This document shows positions 8,631 to 18,717 of a stretch of DNA of 64,000 nt, one piece after another. Origin of the DNA: a virus (Duplodnaviria > Caudoviricetes). The notes under the pieces were generated by a model. That model saw nothing but the letters and a program-made list of their open reading frames with translations, did not search any database and had not been told where the DNA came from. Within the stretch, counting starts at the first letter, position 1. Every line of letters begins with the position of its first letter. A program made the translations under genes and the position numbers. The stretch spans positions 34,780 through 98,779 of the IMG/VR virus record IMGVR_UViG_3300028591_000141; one strand, written 5' to 3'.

Positions 8631-11600
8631 TTAAGAATGTCCAAGATAGTCAGCGATCGACTTCGTTGTCGTTTGTTTGTTTGTGAAGTCGACAGCCGTC
8701 ACGACGTTGAATCCGTTTTTCCAGTTTGCGCTCTGATAACCATAGAAGCCGTTGCCGACATAGAGATTGGTGCCGTACAGGTAATTAGCCTTCAAGTAGC
8801 TTGCTGTCACAGATCCGGCGGTCAGGCTGTCAATGGTCGCCTTCGCAGAGTCACCGTTGTCAAGCGATGTCTTAACACCGGAGCTACCCTTTCCATACGT
8901 CACCGAACCGTTAGCAATCTTTGCCGTCCCGATCGAGCCGTCAGTCAGGTTCGTGGCGTTCATTGTCACGCCGCTGCTGAAGGTGATCGAGTCGACCGTG
9001 ATGTTGCCTTTGATTGTCGCCGCCGTGGCCGTCAACCGACCGGAATAGTCGACAAAGAACGGATATGTCCACGCGCCATAGCTGGACCCGTTCCAATACC
9101 TGGAACCGATCGCGAACGCCATTGTTCCGGCGGTGATGGAGTTCGGCGAGCTCATCCAGGCACCATACTGCGTTGTTGCGCTGCCAGGGTACACCGTACT
9201 CAGTCGCTGGATGTTGTTGCTGGTTATCTCCCATCCGGCTATCTCGCCCTTGGTAGAAACCATGGCGCCATCATATCGGACGAAAAACGGATACTGTTCC
9301 GGATTGCTACCCTGCTTTGTTCTTATCGCAAAGGCGGCATCGGTTGTGCTGACTGAACTCGGCGCCTGAATCATAACCTTGTATTCAGTACCGCCGGATG
9401 TGCTTGTTTTCGACAGCATATTGCTGCCGATATCCCATCCGCCGATCTTGCCGGATGTAGCAGTGATCTTTCCGTCAGTGGCAACGGTAAAATATGTCGA
9501 TGTCAGTGAGAATGTGCCGCCGGACGCGATTTGTATCGCTGTCGGAGTGATATAAATGCCGCTTCCGGAAGACCCGAGGCTGTTAAACTTCAGGGAACTG
9601 AGCTCGATCTTATTGTCGCTGATCGTGACATACGATTTCGCGATATAGTTCGATCTGATCGCGCTCTCAGCGTTTGAGGCCCTCGTTACTTCCGCTGTTA
9701 TGCTATTTGCGGTTTGTGTAATTCTTGTGCCAAGGGCCCCCTCGGCATTTGTTGCCCTTGTGACCTCAGCCGTAATACTGTTCGCGTTCTGCGTGATCCG
9801 GCTGGAAAGCTGAGTTTCACCGTTCCTGCGCTGTGAAACTTCGCTTGCGATCTGATTTGCCTGGATTGTCAGCTGAGCGGTGTTTTCGACCAGCTGATCG
9901 TTCATTGTTGCCTGAGCCTGGGCCATCAGCGTGATCTCTTTGTCATTCTCGATGATCGCTGTGGTATGTCTGACCTCAGCGCCGTGATCAGAAACAAGGA
10001 CCCAGTTGTAGCCGTCCCATGCGTACTCTTTCGGGCCCTCCATGCTGTTCCAGTCGTAGGTGGCGGCCAGCGTGTTCCAGGACATGGTCGCGGCCTTGTT
10101 CCACGTTACGACACTATATCCAGGCTCGGCCTTGATCCAGTGATCGCCCATATTGACGATGACACTTGAATCGTTCCGCGGATCCGTCAGTCGGATATAC
10201 GTCACGCCCTTCGTGGCGACGGAGGCCACAGCCATGTCGATCTCCTGCTCGGCGACTGTCAGCCGTGTTTCAAAACTGGTGAAGGATTCGCCGTCGTAGA
10301 TCTTCTGCCAGCTGCCGCCGTTCCATGTGTACATATTCGGCTCTGTAGCACCGCCCAGCTGCTGCCATGTGTGCTGCGCCGCCCATGACCAGGTGTGCTC
10401 GGCAACTTCATCCCACGCATAGCGCCGTTCAGACTCAACCCAGACATCGCCGGTATTGAATGTGTCCAGCCCATAATCAGCCGGGTCCGGAGGTGTCAGT
10501 GAGATATAAGTCTTGCTGAATCCTGTCGCCTGGACATTCAGGCCCTGGAAGTCCATGGCCGTCTGCCAGGTCAGTCCGCCGTCCCTGGTGAAGCCGATAC
10601 CGTACCTGGTGCCGTCATACTGGCCGATGCGGATCTGCTGGCCACTGTCCTGCGGGTTGATGATGTAGATGTTTCCGGCGTCCCAGTAGAAATTTGTCGT
10701 GCCCAGGATCCGGATCAGGTTTGCCTGCAGCACGCCGGAGGTGATGTAGTCAGCTACAAACTGCCCGTCAATGCTCCAGGCAGTGCCATATGTGCCGTGG
10801 TATCCGTCCTGACTGAAAGCGATGCCGCCGTTGTTCATGCGGATGATATTGACGGCGTCTTCGATGTCCGGCGCGTCCATGATCAGGATCTCGTCCGGCT
10901 CGCCGTCGTTGTCGGTATCGTTCATGACGACATAACCGCCCAGCTGGCCGGTGACGCGCTCCGACACCGTCCGCGCCGTATCCGCCAGGGTGGATGTCGC
11001 GGTGTACGCCTGGTCAGCCGTCTTTTTGATGCCTGTGATCGTGCCGGCGATCGACACCCGGATGGATCCGAGCTCGATCTTGCTATACTGCTCCGTCAGG
11101 ACATTCCATCGGGTCCGCACGCACTTTGCGGAGGCATTGACACCCAGCGCGTCAAAGTAGACGTGCACGGTGTCGCACAGATCCACGCGTTCTTTGATTT
11201 CCTCAAGCTGCACATAGCTCAGCTGAAGATTGACCACCGGAACGCCGATGTCATTGCTGTCAATGTACGCCTGAGCGGCCGTCCGCAGCTGGCTCTCGGT
11301 CGGTTCTTCCTCGAACCGGTCTGTCAGATCCACCGGGCAGATTTTTGTGAAGCTGAACGTGCCGGGCGCGTTGATGGTCTTTTCCGGCAGCGTGACAACG
11401 TATTTGGTTTCCGGATTGCACCAGTACGGATAGATCCCGGTGTATACGTTGGCGTTGTTCTCTTCCTGCTTGATGCTTGTGAGGTTCTTCCCGTAGCGAA
11501 TCGTAACGCCGCGGTCTGTGCCCCTGTTTGCATTAAAGATGCAGGAATAGCCGTTGTAAGCCCATTCACCGTGCCAGTGATCGAGCAGAGAGCCGGAGGT

Positions 11601-12062
11601 CCCGCCCATCAGCGCCCGGATCGATGTCGGCTTAATGACCGTCAGCGTGCCGGTGGCCTCGCTCATATCAGACGCGAACGTGAACGGGCACGGGGACGGC
11701 GTGCAGTTGGCCGTCAGAGCGATCAGCGCGGACTGCACACCGACCGCCGAGAAGGCGCCGTCGACATAGCCGCTCAGGTCATAACACAGGTGCTGGGCGT
11801 TGACGGTCACAATGCCGTTCAGCGGTTTCGATATGTTGTAGATCCGGAAGGGCTGCGGGTTGTCGTTAAAGTTCGGCTTGGCAAGGATGATCATCCGAAG
11901 CGCCAGATCTGAATAATGCTGGCCGCTGATCGGATACGTCATTTCAAGTTCATACTGTCCGTTGCGTTCTTCCTGCACTTCACAGGTGATCGCATCAGAC
12001 AGTGCTCCAAGGCCGAACGATCCCCAGCTGGTGGAGTCAGCCGGGTGCAATACAGGGATCAT
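8631..12062 (-). CDS. tail spike/baseplate hub (Tal-like phage minor structural protein)
   Basis: N-terminal GLGALSDA..CEVQEERNGQYELEMTYP domain; ITQTANSITAEV coiled repeats; GKIGGW repeats; follows Dit. Confidence 0.85.
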   Translation of the reverse strand: MIPVLHPADSTSWGSFGLGALSDAITCEVQEERNGQYELEMTYPISGQHYSDLALRMIILAKPNFNDNPQPFRIYNISKPLNGIVTVNAQHLCYDLSGYVDGAFSAVGVQSALIALTANCTPSPCPFTFASDMSEATGTLTVIKPTSIRALMGGTSGSLLDHWHGEWAYNGYSCIFNANRGTDRGVTIRYGKNLTSIKQEENNANVYTGIYPYWCNPETKYVVTLPEKTINAPGTFSFTKICPVDLTDRFEEEPTESQLRTAAQAYIDSNDIGVPVVNLQLSYVQLEEIKERVDLCDTVHVYFDALGVNASAKCVRTRWNVLTEQYSKIELGSIRVSIAGTITGIKKTADQAYTATSTLADTARTVSERVTGQLGGYVVMNDTDNDGEPDEILIMDAPDIEDAVNIIRMNNGGIAFSQDGYHGTYGTAWSIDGQFVADYITSGVLQANLIRILGTTNFYWDAGNIYIINPQDSGQQIRIGQYDGTRYGIGFTRDGGLTWQTAMDFQGLNVQATGFSKTYISLTPPDPADYGLDTFNTGDVWVESERRYAWDEVAEHTWSWAAQHTWQQLGGATEPNMYTWNGGSWQKIYDGESFTSFETRLTVAEQEIDMAVASVATKGVTYIRLTDPRNDSSVIVNMGDHWIKAEPGYSVVTWNKAATMSWNTLAATYDWNSMEGPKEYAWDGYNWVLVSDHGAEVRHTTAIIENDKEITLMAQAQATMNDQLVENTAQLTIQANQIASEVSQRRNGETQLSSRITQNANSITAEVTRATNAEGALGTRITQTANSITAEVTRASNAESAIRSNYIAKSYVTISDNKIELSSLKFNSLGSSGSGIYITPTAIQIASGGTFSLTSTYFTVATDGKITATSGKIGGWDIGSNMLSKTSTSGGTEYKVMIQAPSSVSTTDAAFAIRTKQGSNPEQYPFFVRYDGAMVSTKGEIAGWEITSNNIQRLSTVYPGSATTQYGAWMSSPNSITAGTMAFAIGSRYWNGSSYGAWTYPFFVDYSGRLTATAATIKGNITVDSITFSSGVTMNATNLTDGSIGTAKIANGSVTYGKGSSGVKTSLDNGDSAKATIDSLTAGSVTASYLKANYLYGTNLYVGNGFYGYQSANWKNGFNVVTAVDFTNKQTTTKSIADYLGHS

Positions 12063-12074
12063 CGCTCCACCTCC

Positions 12075-12794
12075 TTAGATTTCCCACCACCTGGGCGTGA
12101 TTGCAACAGTGCTGACCGCTCCGCTGAACCCGATCGAATTGGATCCGGGCGCCAGCGTGGCGAATTCGCTTGTGCTGCTTGAAACAATCGCGTTTTTGTT
12201 GTTCCCGCTGCCGTCGTAACAGTTCATTGTTTCGCAGTCGATATAAACCGGAACGGTCGTGTCGCTGATGGTGAACACCGTGCCGTTGACCGTTACCGTG
12301 CCCTCAACGCCTCCGCCGGTAACAAGCAGCAACGGTCTGGAAGCGAACGCGGTCGGGTTTGTGATCGTGCCAGGGATGATAAACGTCTCCGATGTTTCTC
12401 CGCTTTTCAGAAACCGCTGCGGTTTGCAGTTGAAAGTGATCTTTGCCCGCCCGACGCGGGTCATGATGTTGTCGATGTCAACTGGTCCGACAAAGTGCGC
12501 CAGCCGGAAGTGATCCGGGTCGAAATCATCCTCCAGGCGCCGGTATCCTGTCGGTCCGTAGAGCCATGCCGCTACACTTGAAAAAGCGCCGGGGACGGCG
12601 TGCTCTGATCCGTCACCGGCGAATATTTCATAATCCTGATCGACATTGTCCCATGCGTCCTGCGGGCGGATGATATCCCCGCTCCGGCCTGGCACCGAGT
12701 AGACGTCAACCTTTCTTTTCGGTTTTACGTAGAAGGGAGCGGCCTCGACATAGATCCCGAGGCTGTCCGATGTGACATTGTTCCATGTGATCAT
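12075..12794 (-). CDS. distal tail protein (Dit-like)
   Basis: Directly after the tape measure gene; FNCKPQRF and ITPRWW motifs. Confidence 0.8.
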   Translation of the reverse strand: MITWNNVTSDSLGIYVEAAPFYVKPKRKVDVYSVPGRSGDIIRPQDAWDNVDQDYEIFAGDGSEHAVPGAFSSVAAWLYGPTGYRRLEDDFDPDHFRLAHFVGPVDIDNIMTRVGRAKITFNCKPQRFLKSGETSETFIIPGTITNPTAFASRPLLLVTGGGVEGTVTVNGTVFTISDTTVPVYIDCETMNCYDGSGNNKNAIVSSSTSEFATLAPGSNSIGFSGAVSTVAITPRWWEI

Positions 12795-15559
12795 GCGAAT
12801 ACCGCCTCCCGTCTGTCAATACTGTGCTGGATCCGTTCCATCACGATGTCGGCCAGCGTCCGGACATCCTGGCCCTCAGCGCCGTATACGTTGATCGTCA
12901 CGTCATGCGGGCCGGCTTCCTGGCGTACAATGTCGCGGAGGTCATCCAGGGCGCCGACGAACTCAGGCCGCTTTTCAGCGATACCGATCACGGTGGGCTG
13001 TGTGAAGACACCGCCCTTGTCGTACCAGCTGACGTTCAGCGACGGCGCGCTCATGTAGCCATCAGAGCCATCCATGTCCCACACACCGGACCAGTAGAAA
13101 TGCGGCGTGCTGATGTGCGGAATTGTCCAGCGAACATTCGCAAACAAATTTTCAATGCTGCTTAGTGCATAGCTGATGCTTGTGACAAACGGGTTCAGAT
13201 TCAGGAGATTGATGTTATCAATGGCATCCTTCATGTAATACTTGAAGTTGTAATTCTTGCCACTGAAAGTCTTTTCCATGTCTGACAAAGTAGTCTCAAT
13301 GGAAGTCTTGAAGGATGAGAAATCCGCCTTCCCATTCTCGACGAATGTATTCAGTTCCGAACCTGTTTCAAACGCCTGGTCACCGATACCGTCGATTGCT
13401 GTCGTGATGCGGTCAATATTCTGCGGAATGTTCTGCTCGCGCTTGGTTTCATCATTAAGTTCCTTAATGGAACCCGCCAGGCTGCTGATGTTCTTCGAGG
13501 CAGTATTAAGGCCCTTTGCCCCGGAAGATACTGTCTCAAGCGCCGGGCCGAGCGTTTCAAGTTTCTCGGCGATCTTCTTATTGGCCATGTCGTTGGCCTT
13601 GTTCGTGATGTCGCCGATGCCCTTCGCGATACCGCCCAGGGTCGCGACCAGGTCAAATACGCTTGTCTGATTGGCCAGCCGGATCGCAGCGTCCGCAACC
13701 GTGCTGAAGCCTTGGCCTGCCTTGACCGCCGCTTCGCCGATGCTGTCAAACACACCGGCCAGCTTCTCGAGGATGTTCGCGATACTGTCATTAATGCTGA
13801 CGACACCGTCAGAGATTGAAGTGATGATGCCGCTGATGGCGTCTCCGATCGCCGTGATCGGATCTGCCAGCGACTCATTGAACCCGCTGAACGCGTCAAC
13901 GATCAGCCCAAGATTCGTTCCGATGCTGTCAACAATACTGACAACCGTTTCGCCGATCTGTTTAATGAGACCGCTGATGCTGTCAATAATCGGGCTGATC
14001 TGTGAAACGATACCGTTAAAGGAATCAATAATTTCCGGCAGCTTCTCAGCCACGGTCTTGACCATGTCCTGGATCGCCGGGATAAACGGCTCGAATCCGG
14101 AAATGATGGTCTTGATCGCCTCAGCGATCCCGGGCGCGTGTTCGTCAAGTGCCGCGATGATTTCCCCGCCAAAGTCTACGAACGCCTTCAGGATGTTCGG
14201 CAGGCCGCTCTCTTCGTTGCCGATGGCGTTGACCAGCTGGCCGATGATTTCCCCGCCCTTTTCAAACACCTGGGGCAGGATCTCGCCGAGCTTGCCGACG
14301 ATTTTCTGCAGGGCATCGCCGATGGTCGTGAACAGGGAGGATCCATCTTCCGTCTGGCCGGAAATGCCTTCGACCAGTTTGGTGATCATTTCCCCGCCCT
14401 TTGTGATGATGGTCGGGAACAGGTCCGCGATCCCTTCCGTCAGGGCTCCGACTGCCTTAATGGCGCCCTCCGCCAGTTCCGGGGCGTGCTCAATAATGCT
14501 GCCGACCAGGCTGACAATGATATCCGCGCCGGCAGTGATCAGCGTCGGAAGCGCCTCAACAATCGCACCGCCCAGAGTGGTCAGGATATCAGTCGCAAGC
14601 GGGACAATCGTCGGCAGGTTCTCCGAGATCGCACCCAGGATGGCCTTCAGTATCTCACCGCCGGTTTCGATCAGCGTCGGCAGCACTTCCTTGATCTTTT
14701 CGGATATGCTGGCAATGCCTTCCTTAATCAGGGCGATACCTTTCGAGGAATCACCGGCAAAAATTTGCGTTAAGCCGTCCATGACCGTTGTGATCCCGGG
14801 CAGGAAGTCAGCGATCATCCGGTTCTTCAGCCCGTCAAACGACTGTGTCATGTTCTGCAGGCTGTCCTGGAACGCAGCTGACGCCTTCACATCTTCCTCG
14901 GACATGACAATTCCGAGATCATGGGCCTGCTGACGCATGGCCTCAATATCGGCAGCTGACGTGTTCAGCAGAGCGCCCATTTCGGTCGCACCCTTGCCGA
15001 AAAGTTCCTGGGCGATCCGGGCGCGTTCCGTTTCATCTTCGACGCTTGTCAGCGCCATGACGGTCTTGTTCCAGAGCTCTTCCCGGCTCATGCTCTGCGC
15101 GTCTTCCGCAGATATGCCCAGCTTCTGGAACGCGTCAGATCCATTCGCCGCTGCCGTGGACAGCTTGACCATGGAAGTTTTCAGAGACTCCATGCTGGTC
15201 CCGCTGTGCTGCGCTATGAAATCCCATTCCTGATAGGCATCCGTAGACAGCCCGATCTTCTGGGACATCTTGTCGATATTGTCGCCATAGGCGGCTGTGG
15301 CGGACGCTGCATCGTAAATGCCCTTGACCAGGGCACCCGTGCCGGCAACCGCCGCGGTGACCGCTGTGGCCATGACTTTTGCGCCCTTTTTGACGGCGCT
15401 GCCGAAGCCCCCGGTGAATTTACTACCGGACTGCTTGCCGGCCTTCTCGCCGGCTTCTTCGCCCGCGGAGGTGAGCTGATTCGTCATCTCGCGCTGCGAG
15501 CCCTCCATAGACGGAACGATTGTAACTATCGCCCGTGCTACTTCAATGCCTTCAGCCAT
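12791..15559 (-). CDS. tape measure protein (phage A)
   Basis: Long Ala/Gly/Ile-rich helical protein; DNIDKMSQKIGLS..AYQEW motif; synteny. Confidence 0.9.
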   Translation of the reverse strand: MAEGIEVARAIVTIVPSMEGSQREMTNQLTSAGEEAGEKAGKQSGSKFTGGFGSAVKKGAKVMATAVTAAVAGTGALVKGIYDAASATAAYGDNIDKMSQKIGLSTDAYQEWDFIAQHSGTSMESLKTSMVKLSTAAANGSDAFQKLGISAEDAQSMSREELWNKTVMALTSVEDETERARIAQELFGKGATEMGALLNTSAADIEAMRQQAHDLGIVMSEEDVKASAAFQDSLQNMTQSFDGLKNRMIADFLPGITTVMDGLTQIFAGDSSKGIALIKEGIASISEKIKEVLPTLIETGGEILKAILGAISENLPTIVPLATDILTTLGGAIVEALPTLITAGADIIVSLVGSIIEHAPELAEGAIKAVGALTEGIADLFPTIITKGGEMITKLVEGISGQTEDGSSLFTTIGDALQKIVGKLGEILPQVFEKGGEIIGQLVNAIGNEESGLPNILKAFVDFGGEIIAALDEHAPGIAEAIKTIISGFEPFIPAIQDMVKTVAEKLPEIIDSFNGIVSQISPIIDSISGLIKQIGETVVSIVDSIGTNLGLIVDAFSGFNESLADPITAIGDAISGIITSISDGVVSINDSIANILEKLAGVFDSIGEAAVKAGQGFSTVADAAIRLANQTSVFDLVATLGGIAKGIGDITNKANDMANKKIAEKLETLGPALETVSSGAKGLNTASKNISSLAGSIKELNDETKREQNIPQNIDRITTAIDGIGDQAFETGSELNTFVENGKADFSSFKTSIETTLSDMEKTFSGKNYNFKYYMKDAIDNINLLNLNPFVTSISYALSSIENLFANVRWTIPHISTPHFYWSGVWDMDGSDGYMSAPSLNVSWYDKGGVFTQPTVIGIAEKRPEFVGALDDLRDIVRQEAGPHDVTINVYGAEGQDVRTLADIVMERIQHSIDRREAVFA

Positions 15560-15914
15560 GTCTCTCCCTCCGTTTCTCTATCCATTTCCGCATCTCATCC
15601 GGCGGCATTGCGGATGCCTTTCCGCCGAACGTTTTCGACTTCCGTTTCGTGTCGCCGGGACGCGGGTACGGCGTCGGCTTCTTCGGCCGTCCGCCGTGCG
15701 CCTTTATAAGGATTGCCTGCAGACTCGCCAGATAGTCGATGACGTCCGCAAGCATTAAGTTCGTTTTGTAGGTTGTCGCCCATGCGGAGATCTCCGGATC
15801 TATTTCCCGCACGGTCGCCGAAGCTGGATCCATATACCTCAAAAAAGAGCCGAGCGCACTCCACGAAAGAGTGCGCCCGACTGATTCAAGGCCGCGGCCT
15901 GTTGTCATTAACAA
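15552..15914 (-). CDS. tail assembly chaperone, frameshift extension (gpT-like)
   Basis: Open in the -1 frame from the slippery site at 15968-15974; KPTPYPRPG motif. Confidence 0.75.
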   Translation of the reverse strand: MLMTTGRGLESVGRTLSWSALGSFLRYMDPASATVREIDPEISAWATTYKTNLMLADVIDYLASLQAILIKAHGGRPKKPTPYPRPGDTKRKSKTFGGKASAMPPDEMRKWIEKRRERHG

Positions 15915-15943
15915 GTCACGTTCAACCGCCTCGCGGTGTTCGC

Positions 15944-16252
15944 TTACGAATCCGCTGAGGCCGAGGATTCCCCCAGCTTCGCTTTCCCTTCGCTCAGGGC
16001 GTAGGAGTTGAAAATGGAGAAGAACTCCATATCACCGATGTCGGCTTCCTTCAGGTCCGGCGCGTACTTCAGGACGAAATCCTTGATCAGTTTACCGCGC
16101 TTTTCCAGATCATCAGCCTGGTCGATCTTCCGCATCATTTCCGCCTCAGCAAAAGACAGCTGAGACAGAGCCGGCAGGGTATAGACCTTATCGGTGCTGC
16201 CTTCCAGCGCAAACGTAAAGCCGCGCTGCTTTCTGACGATATAGTCAGCCAT
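15944..16252 (-). CDS. tail assembly chaperone (gpG-like)
   Basis: Between major tail and tape measure genes; ends LGES at GGGGGAA. Confidence 0.75.
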   Translation of the reverse strand: MADYIVRKQRGFTFALEGSTDKVYTLPALSQLSFAEAEMMRKIDQADDLEKRGKLIKDFVLKYAPDLKEADIGDMEFFSIFNSYALSEGKAKLGESSASADS

Positions 16253-16274
16253 TGGGAAATCCTCCTTTAATTAA

Positions 16275-16829
16275 TCAGCCGCTGGTCTTCTGGCCGTCAT
16301 CCTTGACGAACTTCCAGTCTCCCTCGATGGTGGGGTTCCAGGTGATCGCCCCTGTAGGATTGAAGGCCACGTCGCCGACTTCCGTCACGGTGCAGTCAGC
16401 GCTGCAGAGCATGAATTCGTCGTCGCCATCCTTGCCCAGGAAGACGAAAGCATAATGGTTGCTGGTCGGTCCCTGGCTCATGTCCACGTTAAGCAGCTTG
16501 CCATGGGTGGTGGTCGCGGCGGTTTCCGTCACGCGATCGCCGAAAATTGCGGTCAAGCTGGCCTTTGTGGTGGAGATCAGGGAGACATTCACGGTGCCCT
16601 TCTCGGTCATGACCTGGCGCCGGGCCGTGCGGCTCCAGTCGCGGATCACGTCCACGCTGCCGAAGGGAGTCAGGGTCGGGCCATCCTCAGAGATGTAGCC
16701 GCCCTCAACAAAGGCAGCGTCCAGCGTGTCACCGGGGAAAGTGGGCATCACCAGCTCATCATCGACCGGCGCGTAATAGAACATGCCGGACACATTGCCG
16801 AGACCGATATTGACGTCATTGGTCGCCAT
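16275..16829 (-). CDS. major tail protein
   Basis: GYISEDG motif; synteny. Confidence 0.85.
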   Translation of the reverse strand: MATNDVNIGLGNVSGMFYYAPVDDELVMPTFPGDTLDAAFVEGGYISEDGPTLTPFGSVDVIRDWSRTARRQVMTEKGTVNVSLISTTKASLTAIFGDRVTETAATTTHGKLLNVDMSQGPTSNHYAFVFLGKDGDDEFMLCSADCTVTEVGDVAFNPTGAITWNPTIEGDWKFVKDDGQKTSG

Positions 16830-16846
16830 AGTGTTTTACCTCCGTA

Positions 16847-17230
16847 TCAAATAGTTGTGTTTTCCAGATGCGCCGTCACGCTTAAACGCGCCGAGCACAT
16901 CGCGATATCCGGCCGCACAGGGTCAACGCCCCAGCTGCCGGACGATGTAACCTGAATATGCCTGACCGGCGTCGTGCTCTCCCTGGCGATCTTCCGCAGG
17001 ATGCCGACCGCCTTGTTAAGCAGGTCGACCGCCTGGGGCTCACGCAGGGCGCGGCTGTCCAGGACAATTTCAGTGCTGTCGATGGTGTCACGGTCAGAAC
17101 CTCCGACCTTGGTCACCAGGATGCAGGGCATTGTAAAGTCAGCCGGCAGCGGACGGCAGTACGCAGTCATATACGTGTCCAGGATCTTCTGGACTTCATA
17201 CTCGATATCAACCGATGTCTGAATCTGCAT
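16847..17230 (-). CDS. tail terminator/completion protein
   Basis: Synteny; size. Confidence 0.65.
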   Translation of the reverse strand: MQIQTSVDIEYEVQKILDTYMTAYCRPLPADFTMPCILVTKVGGSDRDTIDSTEIVLDSRALREPQAVDLLNKAVGILRKIARESTTPVRHIQVTSSGSWGVDPVRPDIAMCSARLSVTAHLENTTI

Positions 17231-17514
17231 TACATCACCGCCCCGCTTAGTGCTTTGTCCTCTGACTCAGCTATCATGCTCGCCCTGTCGGTCGTTCCCA
17301 CGAATCCGACATAACGATTGCTTCGATATGCGTGAGTCAGCTTTACGTTAGACTGGAATCCTTCTCCGCCGCGCGCGTTCGCCGCGTTCGCCCTTGAACA
17401 GATTGTCTCTGTTTCGGACAGAATCACGTCATGAACGCCGGCACCGGTCAGGATCTGCTCAAACCCTGCTGAAATGAATTCGATTTCAACCCGCTTCGCC
17501 ATCAGCCGTCCCAC
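17230..17514 (-). CDS. neck/tail completion protein
   Basis: Synteny. Confidence 0.6.
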   Translation of the reverse strand: MGRLMAKRVEIEFISAGFEQILTGAGVHDVILSETETICSRANAANARGGEGFQSNVKLTHAYRSNRYVGFVGTTDRASMIAESEDKALSGAVM

Positions 17515-17843
17515 CTCTCGAGGTTGAGAACAATGCTCGACACAAGCCCGGTCGGAGAATCCCAGACCCGGGGCTCGCCGTTGATGGTATAGGTGTTTCC
17601 GTTGTACCTGATCCGGTCGCCGGCGAGAACATCCGACCCGGGCGGCATATAACAGGTGTATCCGTCAGTGATGCCCTGGATCCTGCCGTCCTGAGACAGA
17701 GAAGTCCCGGCGGGCTGCATGGAGCAGCCGCTTATATCCAGTTCGTCCGGATTGTCCCAATCAGGGTAAACCGTGCCACGTTCGACGATCGTGCCGGCTC
17801 GGATCCGCGTCACTGTGTCGTTCACCCAGGAAGGAAGCGCCAT
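17502..17843 (-). CDS. head closure (stopper) protein
   Basis: DVLAGDRIRYNGNTYTINGEP motif; synteny. Confidence 0.7.
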   Translation of the reverse strand: MALPSWVNDTVTRIRAGTIVERGTVYPDWDNPDELDISGCSMQPAGTSLSQDGRIQGITDGYTCYMPPGSDVLAGDRIRYNGNTYTINGEPRVWDSPTGLVSSIVLNLERWDG

Positions 17844-18469
17844 CAGAACACCCCCCTCACCTTGTAGGGTTCGAGGGTCTCAAGGTCAGTAGACTGCAGC
17901 GCACCAGCTCCGCCTCCATTCGCCCAGCTTGCACTGTAAGAGATGGAAACACCGCCCGCGCTTTCGCTTGCCACGCCGTTCGGCGACACAAGCGCCCTGG
18001 TGGCCCGTCCGGAGATGATTTCCTTAATGGATCCCATCATCGTGTCCGGGACGCCTGCCGTATAAGCGACAGTGATCTCCGTTTTCCGGGAAACCGGCGC
18101 GACATCGAACAGATGGACGATTCCGTTCTGCTCAAACGTGAAATCCGTCCAGGCTTCGCCGTCAATCGTTACGGTCGAAACGCCTGTGATAAACGCCGCC
18201 GGCAGCTGCACCAGGAAGTCGTTATTAACCCGCTTGATCCTTCCGTTCCCGTAGAGCAGGCGCTCAGAGAACTCGCAGGCCTGCGGAGGAGATACATGCC
18301 AGCCGCAATGATTACGTACGCCCATGGAGGCCGCTGAGATGCTGGCGGGAATCCGAACGTCACCGGCGAACTTATTCGCGGTCATCGTGTTGAAATCCGC
18401 CTGGGACAGCATATCCGCCAGGGCATCCGCATCCGTGATGGTGTACCCCCAGTTCGTTACAAGGCTCAT
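17843..18469 (-). CDS. head-tail adaptor protein
   Basis: SESAGGVSISY motif; follows the capsid gene. Confidence 0.7.
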   Translation of the reverse strand: MSLVTNWGYTITDADALADMLSQADFNTMTANKFAGDVRIPASISAASMGVRNHCGWHVSPPQACEFSERLLYGNGRIKRVNNDFLVQLPAAFITGVSTVTIDGEAWTDFTFEQNGIVHLFDVAPVSRKTEITVAYTAGVPDTMMGSIKEIISGRATRALVSPNGVASESAGGVSISYSASWANGGGAGALQSTDLETLEPYKVRGVF

Positions 18470-18651
18470 TTTGTCGCCGCCTTCCTGGATTTGTTCGCAG
18501 GCTTAACAGCCTTTACAGCAGGATTTTCGACCTTCGCCTTGGGCGGTTCCACCGCCTTCGCCGCGGGCCGCTTAAACTCGACAGCGCCTGCCGGCTGCTG
18601 GCCTTCTTCGTACTCGAGCTTCATGCCGTTGTACAGGTAAGTCTTCAGCAT
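18466..18651 (-). CDS. small Lys/Ala-rich head-associated protein
   Basis: Ends KPANKSRK; directly after the capsid gene. Confidence 0.6.
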   Translation of the reverse strand: MLKTYLYNGMKLEYEEGQQPAGAVEFKRPAAKAVEPPKAKVENPAVKAVKPANKSRKAATK

Positions 18652-18717
18652 CTGGTTTCACCGCCCTTTCATGGTAAGATGGGGAGCCGCCCAGACTGGA
18701 CGGCCCCCGGTTATTCA

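Noticed and set aside
7481-12062. Diversity-generating retroelement acting on tail genes
   Set aside because: No reverse transcriptase and no template/variable repeat pair differing at adenines was seen.
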